Shown: in pieces, positions 13,453 through 26,277 of the stretch
Layout: the number at the start of each line of letters is the position of its first letter
Numbering within the stretch: the stretch's first letter is position 1
Source: Basidiobolus meristosporus CBS 931.73
Taxonomy: Eukaryota > Fungi > Basidiobolomycota
Assembly (NCBI GenBank): GCA_002104905.1
Contig: MCFE01000456.1
Coordinates: 1 to 64,000 of the forward strand
Length of the DNA: 64,000 nt
Reading direction: 5' to 3'
Translations under genes and position numbers: made by a program
Notes under the pieces: generated by a model
Told to the model about the DNA's origin: nothing
Databases searched by the model: none
Seen by the model: the letters and a program-made list of their open reading frames with translations, nothing else

Positions 13453-13647
13453 AGGGAGGGCTTCCAGAAGCTAAGGAATTCTGAAATCTACGTCGAGCAC
13501 ATCCCAATTTGCTCATCCCTCCTGCCTCTCTGTCTGGGATGCTCCTTGCAGTCCGTAATGAACTCTCAAAGAGCATTAATTCCTTGAGTATCTTTAGAAT
13601 AAACCGCTGCTAAGTAAGATGTATCGATCGATCGTTTTAATATTTAT

Positions 13648-14838
13648 TTACTGATCGTTTTGTGACGACTCTTTAAGCGGCTCATCCGAGGATGGTGCAT
13701 GGTTCACCTGGTGGTGGTCTCCCCTGGGCCTGTAATGTTGTTGAGCCCCTCGGGAATCTCTCCAAGGCTGGTTTGGGATAGAGCGCGAGTGCTCTGGCCG
13801 AGGGGAAGCGATATATGTTTGATGCCTCCAATTTTGCGAAGCATGATGATCATGATACCCTGCACGATATTGCGTGTTCCCTTGCGAATACCCACCTCGC
13901 CCATAAGAGGGGTGTCTAGGTTGATGATTCGGATGTGAATAGCCTCGATGATGACTCGAATGTGAATAGCCTCGATGATGACTCGAATTATGATAGTTGT
14001 TCTGATATTTAGCATGTGCTGGTTTTCCTTGATTTTCCTCAAGACTTAGTTGCTTCCGTATACTATATATATTAGGATTAACAGGACTGTGAGAGAGCGC
14101 GTTCAGTTGTTGGAGAATGTATTCATTAGTATAGTATCCATCTACAAATATAGCTTGACGAGTATCTATCTCCAAGGCTTTATAAAACCCTTCTTCGAGG
14201 GTAGGTCTGGTGAGCATGCGTTGGAACCTTCTCAGTACTTCCAAACCTTCTTCTCCTACTACTCCGGTGGGGTGTTCTTCACGAGCCTGGACCCGATTCT
14301 CGCATTCCTGTACCGAACGGAAAGTCAGCCTTACCATCGCTAAAAAAAACCTTTTCTAGCTGTGTATAACATACTTGAAAGGGGGTGGTGAAGAAAATTA
14401 CTTCTGGGAGCAAATCAAATTCGAACGCAATTCTGATCCAAGTCTTTCTCTGCTTTTCGTCAAAGTTACACCTGTCTATCACAGCATTTCTTCCCTAAAA
14501 AGCTAAAAGGTGAGTTTGCTTGGTCCTGGCAACTCATATCGGCGAGCAACAACCTCTTTCAACCACCTTCGAGTATATCTTTCACAGGTAGATCTATCAC
14601 CCATGTCATCCTGATTAACCCTACGCCAGCTCTGGGATGGAAAAAGGATTAGGAAAACAAAGAACCAAGCCATTAGTTCTAGCTCGAATGCTAGAGATAC
14701 CTTATCATAAGAACATAAACTCTTTGCAAATGTGCTCTTGCCACTCCCAGGCGCGCCTACTAGAATCAAGACCCGAGACTTTTCCGGTAGTTTTCTGCTC
14801 GTGGTATTTTGAGTTTCGGGGAGCTTGTTCGATTCCAT
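13648..14838 (-). CDS. P-loop nucleotide kinase (AAA_33/polynucleotide-kinase-like) with His/Arg/Gly/Tyr-rich low-complexity C-terminus
   Basis: Walker A LILVGAPGSGKSTF; VNQDDMG; VIDRCNFDEKQRKTW; lid-like ECENRVQAREEHPT. Two introns. Confidence 0.82.
13933..13988. repeat. Perfect 27-bp tandem duplication inside the kinase tail (encodes SSHHRGYSH twice)
   Basis: atgtgaatagcctcgatgatgactcga occurs twice in tandem. Confidence 0.95.
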
Positions 14839-15185
14839 TCCAAAAAATCAATTTCTCCGTTGCTTGCGTGAGGCTTTATTGACAAGTAATTTGCAATTAG
14901 AAGGAATCGAAGTTACACTCTGCAGAAATTACTAAATTTAAGCAATGCCAAATCGGATACGAATGCCACCCGCTCTATGATTCAAAACTGTACATGCTTG
15001 ATTAGGGTTAGTAAGGTGGTTAGAATTGGAATCAGGGTTGTGGCATGAGCTAGGGATGGAATTTACTGTCATGGGACGAATTAGCTAATTCACCTATTAT
15101 CACCGATATTTAATTCGCTTGGTCGATAAAGAGGACATTATTCACAGGTATTATGGAAATAAATAGACTTGAACCAGAGCTAGAA

Positions 15186-16641
15186 TCACCACAGTAAAAA
15201 TTCAGGCTCGGTCTGATTCGACCCGTCTTCGTCCTCTTCCTCTGGCTCAGTGCTTGGCTCGGTGTTGGCTAGAGTTTGCCAATTAGGGAGGATCTCAGAT
15301 AGCGGTTTAGGATTAGTATTGATCGCGTATCCTAGGGTTTCTAAAATGCCGATCAGCTGAGGACCTATGGGCGAGTATTTGCTTTGCTTGACTTGTCGGA
15401 GTTTTGCCTGTATGGAGCCAGGACCACTCTTATACTTCATAACAAAGTCGGGTGAGTTCAGGTTGCTCTGGTAGTCCAAGTGGCAGAGTGAGCTGCCCTG
15501 CGTGAATCGCCCTATTGACGTTTCTAGAAAGATAGTATCATTGAGATCTTTGGCATTTTTCGGCAAAAACACAATGGCGTTGGGTCGTGTTCCGGCACTC
15601 AGGAGATCCTGAGTGATTTGGGCTTCTACAGTGTCTTGAAGTTTCCTGAAGATCCCCCACCCGGAGGAGCCAGATTCGTATTTCTGTGAAAGCAACCGAT
15701 TACTTATTTGATCCGCTATCTCGGTCAGTCTGGTCATACTGGGGTACTCCGCCAAATACTGATCGAATGCGTTCTCAGTGAAGCCAACAAATCTGGTACC
15801 ACCGTTTCTTAGGTTCTGAAAATTAGGCCTCGGTGTTAGACCGATCTTGAAATAGTTATCCCATTGCGTGGTAAACCCAAGACCGTGGATCAATTCGTGC
15901 AGAATCACAGAAAGGAAGTCATACTGGCGACGTTTAATGGGATTCGGGTCCTATTGAGATGGTCCTTGTGAGAAAACGCTATGCATGGCTGACCTCTGGC
16001 ACATCAGCTTACCACTTGAAACCAGAACCTGGCTTCCGAATTGAACGTTGCCTGGATGTCGACCCCACTAAATTCGGGCACTTCAGACAGCTCCATCTGT
16101 TTAACCAGTGCCTGGGGATATAGTCTGCGTTTTCCATCGCTGTCGTTCAGTTTAATACTTCTAGCCGGGCCTGCATACCCTGACGCGTGCACCATTAGTA
16201 CCGTAGTCCTACGAACGCGCGCTCGGATTGTCCAAGCATCCAGAGAATATAGTTACCTAGTAACGAGGAGTGACACCAGTCCATATCCTCACAATAATTG
16301 ACATATGCCGCCTTGACGTTTACCGTACGCTTGAAATCGATCACATTGCGCAATATGTCAAATGCGATCTGGAAGGTGGCTTTAGCTTTTTCACAAGTGA
16401 CTACGCTCTCCGTACACTTGAACGAAACTAATCTCATCGTTGGCGGTTCTTTCTCGGCCTCGTCCGAAACTCTGGCATTATCCCTTGCAGAGGCGTGGCA
16501 CTCTACTGGGACTATGTAGTTTGGCTCAAATGAATTGGGGTGCTCGTAACACAGGCTATCCAAAGCCACATCACTCACTGGGATTCCCATCACCCCTGCT
16601 ATGCACTCTACAAGAAGTGGTAGTAAAATGGCTTTACGCAT
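15186..16641 (-). CDS. Secreted zincin-like metallopeptidase-family protein (HEXXH), multi-exon
   Basis: Signal peptide MRKAILLPLLVECIAG; RLYPQALVKQ; DIQATFNSEARFWF; VILHELIHGLGF; GSSLCHLD. Two introns. Confidence 0.75.
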
Positions 16642-17584
16642 AAAAGTAAGGGTTAGTATAAGTTTATGGGGTTAAAGAGACGGTTAGTTGAGGAACTCCT
16701 AGACAAGTCGGCATTCCAGCGATTTATATCAAGAAGCCTTTGGGCATAAACGGTGGACACAATTAGATAGAAAAGAATCCACTTTTCGGAAAATAACCTG
16801 CCAATGTTTGCAATCAGCTACGATTGACCGAATAATTTCCATACCATTTCATTATCCTCATTCAATAGGGCTCGGAGAATTCGAGGCACTCTACTCGTGC
16901 ACCGCCCGTTCTCGGCGTAGCTAAAATGGCAATCCACAATAATTCACCTACCAAAATGGACCCATCCGGCACTGGCGCACTGTCCGGATACGTTGTCCTA
17001 CGGAGCCGAGTGACTGGTTGTTTGATAAGGAGAAGCGTTATGCTGGCATGGATGAAAGGGCCTGCATGTGGATCCAATCGGTTTCAAACGTCAGAAATGG
17101 CATTGTTCAAAAATGGATTCGAGCCAGCAGTCTATTTTGTAGATTAGACACGGTTATCCACGGCCTGCCGTGTCCAATTGCCTTCACCCTCCTCAATGGC
17201 GATTGTGCTGAGCTAGGGCACATCTACACAATGAATGAATGAGAGCACTTTCGAGAAGAACTCGGATTGGGTGCTTTCCACACACACAACACAATGACTA
17301 ATAGCCAATCCTGGCGTCAAGCAGGGTGCGTATGCCGGAGCATCGGTTGATCCACGCCAATCCATTCCAGATCTGCCAGAGTCTGTTCAGCAACCTTGAT
17401 ATGATAGTGTCGCTTGGTGGAGGAACGAATTTCCAGCGCTGGATATCCTATTCAGGGGCGATTCATATCAAATAAGTCGGATATTTGCCTTCTGCCAAAC
17501 AACATTTTGTTGCTTCTAAATGTTAACAGGGGTGTTTACTTTACGATGCGATGCAAGTGCTACTACAAATCGAATGTCCCTCGT

Positions 17585-18908
17585 CTACATAAAGCGCTTT
17601 CTCAGCATGGTGCTGACTTGATCAAACACCACCAACAGGATGCCTCCACCAGGCCCCAATCTCAAAACCTTAGGAACGAACCCTTTATACAATGCGGCAA
17701 ACCTACAAGTCGGATGTTTAGCACGAAACATTTTAGGTTGAGCAGTAAGCATCCATGGTACCCTTCCTCCTTGTACACTGTTCTCAACGCAGGAAGAGCC
17801 CAGTTGTATTTGGGCACCATTCCTGGTGTTTGGTTCTGTATTCTTGTTTTTACGACATCGAAAGGCGTATTGAGAATTGTACCAGCTGCTCCACCAATCG
17901 CACCAGCGACGAAGTTGCGGACTAGTTCACCCTGTTTAGTCTACAGAAAACGTTAGATAAGCTTTCATCCCTGAATACTCTGGCACACTTACTTCTGCCT
18001 TGGGAAGTGCAGATCTGACACCATGAATGACACCAAAATAGCCACCGTTCCAAAGAGCATGGCGGAACACTGTGGCCTCCAATCCTTTGAAGAAAGCAAA
18101 AGGCCCTGAGGGTAACAATTAATTCAATGTTGGCGACTGCTTAGTCGAGGCTGACTACCAATTAAACCGCACCTTCTTCAGCAAGGATTTTTCTAACGCA
18201 ATCCATTGTGCCCGTGTACCTGCCAGCCTGGTATTGTTCTACATATCAGTGGGTCTACGATAACATCATACAATGACTGATCAGTTACGTTGTTTTTATC
18301 TTGCAGGCGGATCTTAACGAGCTCAAAGGAAACCACAACAAATGCTTCGGTGACGCCTGCGCTGACACCAGTAAGGATAGACAACGATTGTGTCATGTGT
18401 GAAATCCCGAAGAGATTTTTGTAAAGGGTACTATATTGCTCATTGGCAGCAAATTTAATAGCGCGCTTAGGTGCCTCAACCATAACAGGCGGGATGATAC
18501 CACGATACAGCCGGCCAAAGCTAGACCGAAGAATGAGTCAAAGAGCAGCTCGGGTTCAGAATATATACATACCCTTCCGTTTTTATGATTTTCCTGAAGC
18601 AGTCAGCAATGGAGGTGTATCCTTCAGCGCCGCCTTTCCCAACCTGTAGCTGGAATCTGGTTTTCACCACTACGAGTAACCGATAATTAATATGGACACA
18701 ACCCAACCACTGTGCTTATGCAAGCTACCATCAAGTGGATACATAGTCAGAATCTCGCTAACTCCGGCAACGGCACCAGCAACAAATTGGAGATGAAATG
18801 GAAGTGCTACAGAGGGCAGTTTCTTAGATTTGGAAATATTCAGAGGTAAGAACAATATAGGGCTGTACGTTTTTGAGGCAGGGTGGCCGTGTTTTGCTTG
18901 GTAGTCAT
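17585..18908 (-). CDS. ODC1: Mitochondrial carrier, 2-oxodicarboxylate carrier type
   Basis: Spliced MTTKQNTATLPQK-PLPFHLQFVAGAVAGVSEILTMYPLD-VVKTRFQL; EAPKRAIKFAANEQY; FELVKIRLQ; RHALWNGGYFG; NTPFDVVKTRIQ; PKVLRLGPGGGILLVVF. Three carrier signature repeats. Confidence 0.92.
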
Positions 18909-20179
18909 GGTATGCCCGAGAGATATTTGCGGTCAAAAAAGTCGAAGTTTTCGTAGTACTAACGAGCAGGTACCACTCAAGCGCTCAGGGTAGCGATATA
19001 TATAAACATTGAATGGTAAATCCCCAATCTATATATGGAGTTTCCCCAAGGGTTGATAGTCATTCAGGGTTGTAGTGAACTTAAATTCGATTATGATCAA
19101 AACGAGATGCAATCTACCTACGATGATTTGTTGATATTGAGCCATATTCAGCAATAGGACTTGTGGAGGCATGGGAGTGGCTTTTGCCGCGAGGCTTTGG
19201 CATTGCTAGATCTATCTTATCTAGCAGGTCACACGGACGAGTTCATGGTCGACAAGGGCTGACTGTAATAACTATTATACAAGGCACCCCTGCTATGCGA
19301 AACGATTGTCACTGTGGAGAGATCATTGCACTTATTGGTCATCCTCATACGAGCCTCCAATATAATATTTAATTGGGTTTGCGCTCTTGAATACTCCACG
19401 TCCACAATATTAGGAAGAGATTTTCAGAGTTGCAAGCGCATCTGCCATTTTGGGTCTCATACTGGCGAACGTCACTACCCGTTCTGGTGACTCTAACCTG
19501 GAGACGACGAATATTCCTTTACGCTGGGGCTTATTTCACTTCTGCATGGCAATTCCTCTTGCCTAGAGTGTCTGCAAACATGACTTAACTATAGAATCAC
19601 TACCGCAAAGCAATCAAGTGAAGGCTGTCGACCCAGAAGTTACCGCTTCCTTGGATGATAGCTGATAGCACAACTAGATGCAATCGGGCACTTCGCTAGC
19701 CTCATTGAGCAAATAAACACCAGCACTACAGGCTAAAAACACTGGGGTAGCCCAAATGCTTGACGCTGAATGCAGCTCGATTGATTCCTTGTCAACTCAC
19801 GATTGTCAGAATCGTTATCATGCACCATGAGTTTTGTTAGGCAGCTCGAAGGAGTGGGGTTCACATATGTTTCGCTGCTCTCCAATTACAGGGCTGAGAG
19901 GATTAATTTTGCAATCCCTATCCCTATCCCGTTCCCATGTATACCAATTATCTCCGCTTGGAGTAACAATTAATTAAAACAGCAATATCCTTGCAAGGAT
20001 TACTATACATGTGTTATAGCCCGCTGCATGGCACACCTTCCTGAAATCCTGGAACCCTTGGATACCTAGAAAACAATCTCGGAATCGTGAGTTTAAGTAC
20101 TGTGGTAACGATCTGGTGGCATGGGTGCTGAGTCCTTACGTTTACTCCACAATTGGCCCGAGCAGTTTAATACGGGTGC

Positions 20180-21055
20180 TTGTCTATAAAAGACCCAGCT
20201 TTCGCAACTGGCTCGCCAACATACCACATTATGGCAAAGTCTTGGTGGACATATGCTTATCTAGTTGATTGGGCCATTGTGGCGGCTCTGATCAGCGTAA
20301 CAATCTTCTTCCAGCACTCTTACAACTCACGACCGGAGCTTGGAGCCACTGTGATTGAGGATGCCCATACCATCACAATATTCGGTCTGTACGTTATCAC
20401 CTTGGTTGTACCCCTCATCTCCATAGTACTGCATCAAGGGTTGGCTTCATTATGGATATACTGGGTCCGTCGTTCAGAGGAGGAGTCGAGTATTCCGGTG
20501 CTACACGTATTGCACAACAATCTCTTGGGCCTGGTATCCAGCTTTGGCATCACCGCATTTGTAATCGAGGTCTTGTATATGATCTTATCCGGTGTATCAT
20601 TGAATGACTGTCAATCCAGCTCCAATTGCACCGGCGAGTCGGGAAAGGTGTATCCGTCGATCTATGCTGGATATACATCCTTGGGAATGGTGTACTTGAG
20701 CATGTATATATCGCGTAAATCACGTTTCAGTCACGGGAGTATGCTGTGGTCGCTGGTTAGTATGCTGCCACTACTGGTGATCATCGTGGTTTGCGCCTCA
20801 CAGATCAATCAAGGTCAGACAACTCTGTTGAATGTCTATTTCGGATCGCTTATTGGCATTGCGATGGTGATACCATGTCGCAGAATATACTTCTGCCCCG
20901 ACGGCCAACCACGAGTCATCAGCGCTGAGTTTCCTCCCAGAAAGGATACGTTAGAGGAGGGCGGAATTTATGGGAAGTACACACTAAGCGCAGCAATGAG
21001 CGAACACTTACCAGGTAGCAAGAGCTCATCCAATAGATCGTGTTGCGCCCATTAG
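20180..21055 (+). CDS. PAP2/lipid phosphate phosphatase-fold six-TM membrane protein with degenerate catalytic motifs
   Basis: DPP1-like layout (YLVDW, TIT..GL...TLVVP, LHNNLLGL, C...C loop, YPS, LPLLV, GSLIG). The C1, C2 and C3 motifs are lost (see findings). Confidence 0.75.
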   Translation: MSIKDPAFATGSPTYHIMAKSWWTYAYLVDWAIVAALISVTIFFQHSYNSRPELGATVIEDAHTITIFGLYVITLVVPLISIVLHQGLASLWIYWVRRSEEESSIPVLHVLHNNLLGLVSSFGITAFVIEVLYMILSGVSLNDCQSSSNCTGESGKVYPSIYAGYTSLGMVYLSMYISRKSRFSHGSMLWSLVSMLPLLVIIVVCASQINQGQTTLLNVYFGSLIGIAMVIPCRRIYFCPDGQPRVISAEFPPRKDTLEEGGIYGKYTLSAAMSEHLPGSKSSSNRSCCAH

Positions 21056-21378
21056 ATACCTGGGTGGTAGTAACTCTTGTATACCAGCCATTACACCGGG
21101 TCATGCAGTACCGACATTTCTTGATCTCAGTTGTTAGTCTATAGGGAAGATTGGCCATCCTATCCATCCACTGTTGACTAGCAATACTTCTGTAGGTTTC
21201 ATCTTTTTGTTGCTAATAATAAAGTCTGGGTTTATTTTACAATAGCTTGGTATTGGTTATTCTTCAAACGCTTCAAAAAAATCGATCATCTAGAAGTATC
21301 TCTGGTAAGTGAAGGTGGAATCGTGTAGTAAGTGAAAAGGGGAATTGCCTCGCTGTAATGGGGGAGGGGTGAATGGAC

Positions 21379-23120
21379 TCAGTTGTTAGACATTGCCTCG
21401 GGCGTATTGCATCTTCCGGGGTTGCGTGCGCACCACAAAGGCTGTAAAGGTTCAGCCATGATGCCACGGCGGGTTAGACGGAATCGCATTTCATGGAGTC
21501 GTGCTTGTGCATCAAGAAGGCTGCGGGCGTTTCCTTTCTGATCCTTGCTTCCACTCCAGAGAACTTCAGCTGCTGCGGAAGATCTGGGCCAGAGGTACTT
21601 ATCCAGGTTAGTGAAATCGGCTTGTTCCGACCATAGCATCACCTCCCCACCCCAGACATTCTTCGCCTCCGCACTGGTTAGATTTGCCAGGATGTCATAT
21701 GAATATACTCGCTGCCACGTTTTGAACGGGTCACACCTACATACGTGTTAATGGAATTTAAGGCTGCTGAGGGAAGTGTAGGGTCTTACCATGAAACAGA
21801 TTCTGCATTGCCACCCACGAAGTCGCCGTGGCCACAGTCAAGATACCAGTAGTCGCTTGAGCTGGCTAATACAGGGTATCCCTGGGAAGCCACCTTCTTG
21901 GTATATTCGGCTCCAAGCCACACCTCAATTAAGGTATCTTTGGGAACGGTTAGGTTATGGTGGGTTACTGCCTCCTGCCATGTGATGGGGATTTTCTTGC
22001 TTTCTCGGACCCATCCATGTAGCTTCTCCAAGAATGGCAATAAGATTTGGTTATAATCAGTGTATCCTTTTGCTTGCATGTAGCTTCGTATGCTCTCAGA
22101 TGAGTTCCAGCATTCGAAGCGAACTTCATCGCCACCGACATGGGTATATTTCGAGTCGAACCAAGGGACTACCTCGTCCAGGAATGTTTTGACTAGCTGG
22201 TCCGTCTGAGGCTTGGTGATATCAAGCTGACCGCTCACTGGCTCTGCCGCATGGACATCCCATCGGTTGTAGTCCATACAAACGGTAAGCTCTGGATGGG
22301 ATAACCCCCAGGAGTAGGCATGGCCTGGTATATCAAATTCAGGGATGATAATGACTCCTCTTTCCAAACCATACTGCACGAGGCCCCGAATCTGTGTCTC
22401 ATCATACATCATGTCTGGCCCGTATGCTCCTTTGAGCGCCAACTCTGATGTCTTCTTTGTCAACACAGGGAAACTGTGGGAGTCAATAATATGCCAATGA
22501 AGGACGTTCATCTTGTTATACGACATGGCGTCAATAGTACGTTGAAGGTCTTCAATGGCGAAGAAGTTGCGCGAAGTGTCAAGGAGTATACCACGATATT
22601 TGAAGGCGGGCTTGTCACGGATAGTGACTGGGTACTGGTTGATATAGAGCTGATCTTCCTTGCCTGAGTACGACACCAGCTGTGAGAAGGTTTCCAATCC
22701 TCTAAGTGCCCCGAAGATAGTCTTGGCCTTCAATGCTCCCGCTTGAGAGCTTTCTTTGAGCTCCAAAGTGTACGATTCGTCTGTCTGGAGGTCATACCTA
22801 GGATCATTGCTTTCGACTTCGATATTTATCGTATCCAGGTTGGTTGATCTAGGTCTCTGGGACCAAGTACTAGCACGAAGGAAGGATTGGGGGTCGTTGG
22901 CCTTCATACGATCATCATGAATGATTTTGAGATAGCGCTTCATAGCTAAGCTAAGTATGTCAGATGATCCCCGGAAGTTGAATTTAAAATCATGACTCAA
23001 CAGCACAGTGGAATTGCCATGAGTGTATTCGTGGGGTACAGGCCAAACCGTACTGCTGACTAAAGGTAAAGTAACGCTAAGGAGGTATAATGCGGTAGAC
23101 TTCTTTCCTTGGAAAATCAT
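21379..23120 (-). CDS. Secreted beta-N-acetylhexosaminidase (GH20), one intron near 21727-21787
   Basis: VWPVP; RGLETFSQL; RGILLDTSRNF; NVLHWHIIDSHSFP; PEFDIPGH; catalytic HVGGDEV; WYLDCGHG; GGEVMLWSEQ; WPRSSAAAEVLWS. Confidence 0.96.
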
Positions 23121-24371
23121 CGTGTTCAAGTTGAGCGGATTGTTGATGCTGAGAGCATAGGCAGGGTTTATAAATACACCGACTTCTGAAAAATGGCTCT
23201 GTAGCAGGATTGGTCAAGGAGACTCCTGCATAGGCTTACGATTTGCCGACATGCCTGTGTATTCGGATAATATCTTCAATGCAACAGCGACTATTTAGAG
23301 TGAAGTTGGCCATTGTGTATATAAATATCATTGGCATGATTATCTACAATTTCTGCGTAGCAATAACACGAAAAAGATGCATTTCACTGGACAAACCGGA
23401 TCCTTAGATATTAATATACGAAATAGGGATTGTTTGCTGGCAGGAGCCACAAACCGGAGTTGCCAATGTAAGAAACCATTGGATGGCCTCTTCCCACATC
23501 TTACCCATATACAGACTATCAAGATGTCACATTCTTTCACTTTCTTGCTCGTAACCTTTGAGCACTAGAAAGGAAGCGATGTGCGATCTTATCATTGTCT
23601 GATTAGGTTTAATTGTTGGATACAAGCCGTCATGACATCCAGTTAACTACATGTCAACAAAAAGCCCCGCTGCGCCCGGTTGGGAAATGTCTGATGACGA
23701 TTTCATATGCACGAAGATCGCCCACCATATCCGGATTTTTTATTTCCTAGCGGAAGACATGATGTTCAGTGGATATTCTGCCTACAAGCCCACGACCATC
23801 GCGATTCACGAGCTTTTTTCTATATTCCTTAGCTAGCTCACGCTCTATATAGTCGACTTTCAGTGATGGCCCAGTGGACACCTACGTGCAGCATGCACGA
23901 CTATCTATTTCTACTCCACACATCATTGCCATCGTTTGGCAGTGGTCACAAAACCTAGTCCCCTAGGCTTAATTGGGAAATAATCAACACCATCAGTTGG
24001 ACAGTCAAATCGTCGTGTCCTGGAACCAATCAAGCACCGTGGTTGAAAACCCTGGTGTTCACATCACACCTCGATACAAGCTCGAACTGTCATTTTCCAT
24101 GACATAGCCCATGTTGGGGAGCTGGCGCCCACTAGGTATCATACGAATGGATATTAATTCTGATACACTGGATATTTTCCACCATTGCCTTCGTGTTTGA
24201 AAACTTGTCAAAACGATATGAAAGTTGCGAGTCAAAACCACATTTAGTCAAGATGAGGCAAAGTGGTGACAGCAGAGCTGGTGTTAAAATCATGTATATA
24301 CATTCAAAGGGAATGAAAATTTTCGTCTAGCAAAGGGTAGTGCATGGTAGACGTCATCACAGTATCACAAA

Positions 24372-26277
24372 TCAAATGGAGGGTAGGGAGCTGACTCCGT
24401 TATTCTTGATGGGCTCTGGCATGCGAAGATGGTAATCTGGAGACAATAAGGTGAGTAAGCGGATTGATTTGGATGTTCACTGTGGACTAACCTCCATTTT
24501 GCGTGATATATCTGACCCATGGAAGCGCCTGGTAGCCGCTCTTTTCGACAACCTTAAGGTAACGAACCTGAATCCCGGATGGGACGAAGTAGGGGATCTC
24601 AAACTTGACTGAGATGGGGAGTTTCTTGTCCATTTCCTCCTCTACGAAGTCAGATGTTATTATGCATTCAGACCGACTTCCTTAATACCAGAAGATACTT
24701 ACCTCCTTTAACACTAGGGAGGCTAAAGTGGGCACGTAAAATGAATTCTCGACCCCCAGGGAACTGCTTGATCTTCCAAGACAAGGCCGACTTTTCAGGC
24801 TTGTACGAGGCTGAGCCCATGGAGCACTTGAACTTTGGTGATGCTGCATCATCAGGGACAGGGACTAGAATTTCGACGTTATTGGCACTGGAGCGTTTCT
24901 TGAATTGTGCTTTAGCCTTTGAGGAAAGGTAACCATGTATTAGTAATGAACAACGATGCTTGGACGAGTGGTCAGCTACCTTGATCATGTATTCAATTCT
25001 GCCAGTGTGATATTCAACCACCGCCTCACACCAAATCAATGGCTTCACCTGTAACCATGTAAAGTCAACGGATTAGTCAGATTAATAGCGTTACTCTCAA
25101 CCCCAACCTACCTGAGTATTTAGTCTATAACTCATTAATTCAAAGTCACCATCAGGGGGAATGAACGAAATGGTTCGGTCGTTTTCAAAGCGCGATAAGC
25201 GAACACACTGATGGAATTTGACATCCTCCATTTCGATTGCTTTCCCTTTGCCTACAGCTGAAATCAACCAGAATAAGAAGTAGCCCAGCCAGTCTAATAT
25301 CCCTGTTACTCACTTCGACCGATATTCTCGAACAGAACTTTATCGTTTAGGCCGAGTCTTAACTCTGGCATGCCGCTGAGGTAACAGCGCATCTTGACGC
25401 TACCAAGGATCTCGCTTCTCAGTACGTTGCCACTGGCGTTGGCCTAAGAGGAGGGCATTAGATGCTGACAAAGTGCAACCAGACAATCCATAGATGTTCA
25501 CCAGTAAATTAACGGATTCGACAACATCAAGAAAGACCTCATTCTTGCGGTATCTAATCCCTTCCGTTCTCCATGAGACTGCATTGGTAACCGCCATAGG
25601 GGGACGAGCTTGCACTTCAAGTTTGAAGCCTTCCTGTGTAATATATCTAAGGAGGTTTCAGTCTTGTTCAGACAGCAACTCCTACAACAAATATATAATG
25701 CTCACTCTTGGAGAACTTTGGTTTCAGTTGTCTGCGGATAGCCGAAGTCCATCATCTCATCAAGCAGCTCATAAATGATGACGAAATTGTCACGAATCGA
25801 TTCCTCTTCGAGGGTTTTGAAGTACTCCGTAAAGACCTGTGCTCAGAAGCGTAGAAATAAGTGCAAACCCGATTTGAGCCGTAAGCGTATGATTGATAAA
25901 TACCTGAGTGAGTTTGTGAAGGAAAACGAGTATTGTAGTAGCATCCGAGTTTTTCTTTGTAATAGCGAGGACTAAAGATGACACTTGGCTTAGGATGCAA
26001 ACCGCTTCGGCGAAGATGATCAATAACAACGCGAAACCTCGTCGGGAAAGCGGGTCGCGAGACATAGCAAAAGGATACGATAAAGATTGTTATGACGGAT
26101 GTAGAGGTAGTTAACACCCTCATAAGTAATCACTGGTGTAGGAGTTTGCTCCTCTTCTTCGGTTTCCAGAATCAAGGGAAGGAATTTATCCACTACACTC
26201 ATGGGGATGTCTCCACGATAGTTACGGGAGATGAGGACCTTTCCTTTCAGGTCGAGGATGAAGACCGCAGAAGCCAT
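24372..26277 (-). CDS. APM1: AP-1 adaptor complex mu subunit, multi-exon
   Basis: [23 protein letters not shown]; [23 protein letters not shown]; [22 protein letters not shown]; FHQCVRL; [12 protein letters not shown]; [25 protein letters not shown]. Confidence 0.97.

Noticed and set aside
14995-15060. TTAGGG-like words (attagggttag, cagggttg, tagggatg)
   Set aside because: Isolated and degenerate, not a tandem telomeric array.
19100-19620. Hydrophobic, stop-interrupted + strand frames upstream of the PAP2-like gene
   Set aside because: No family recognised and no clean exon structure.
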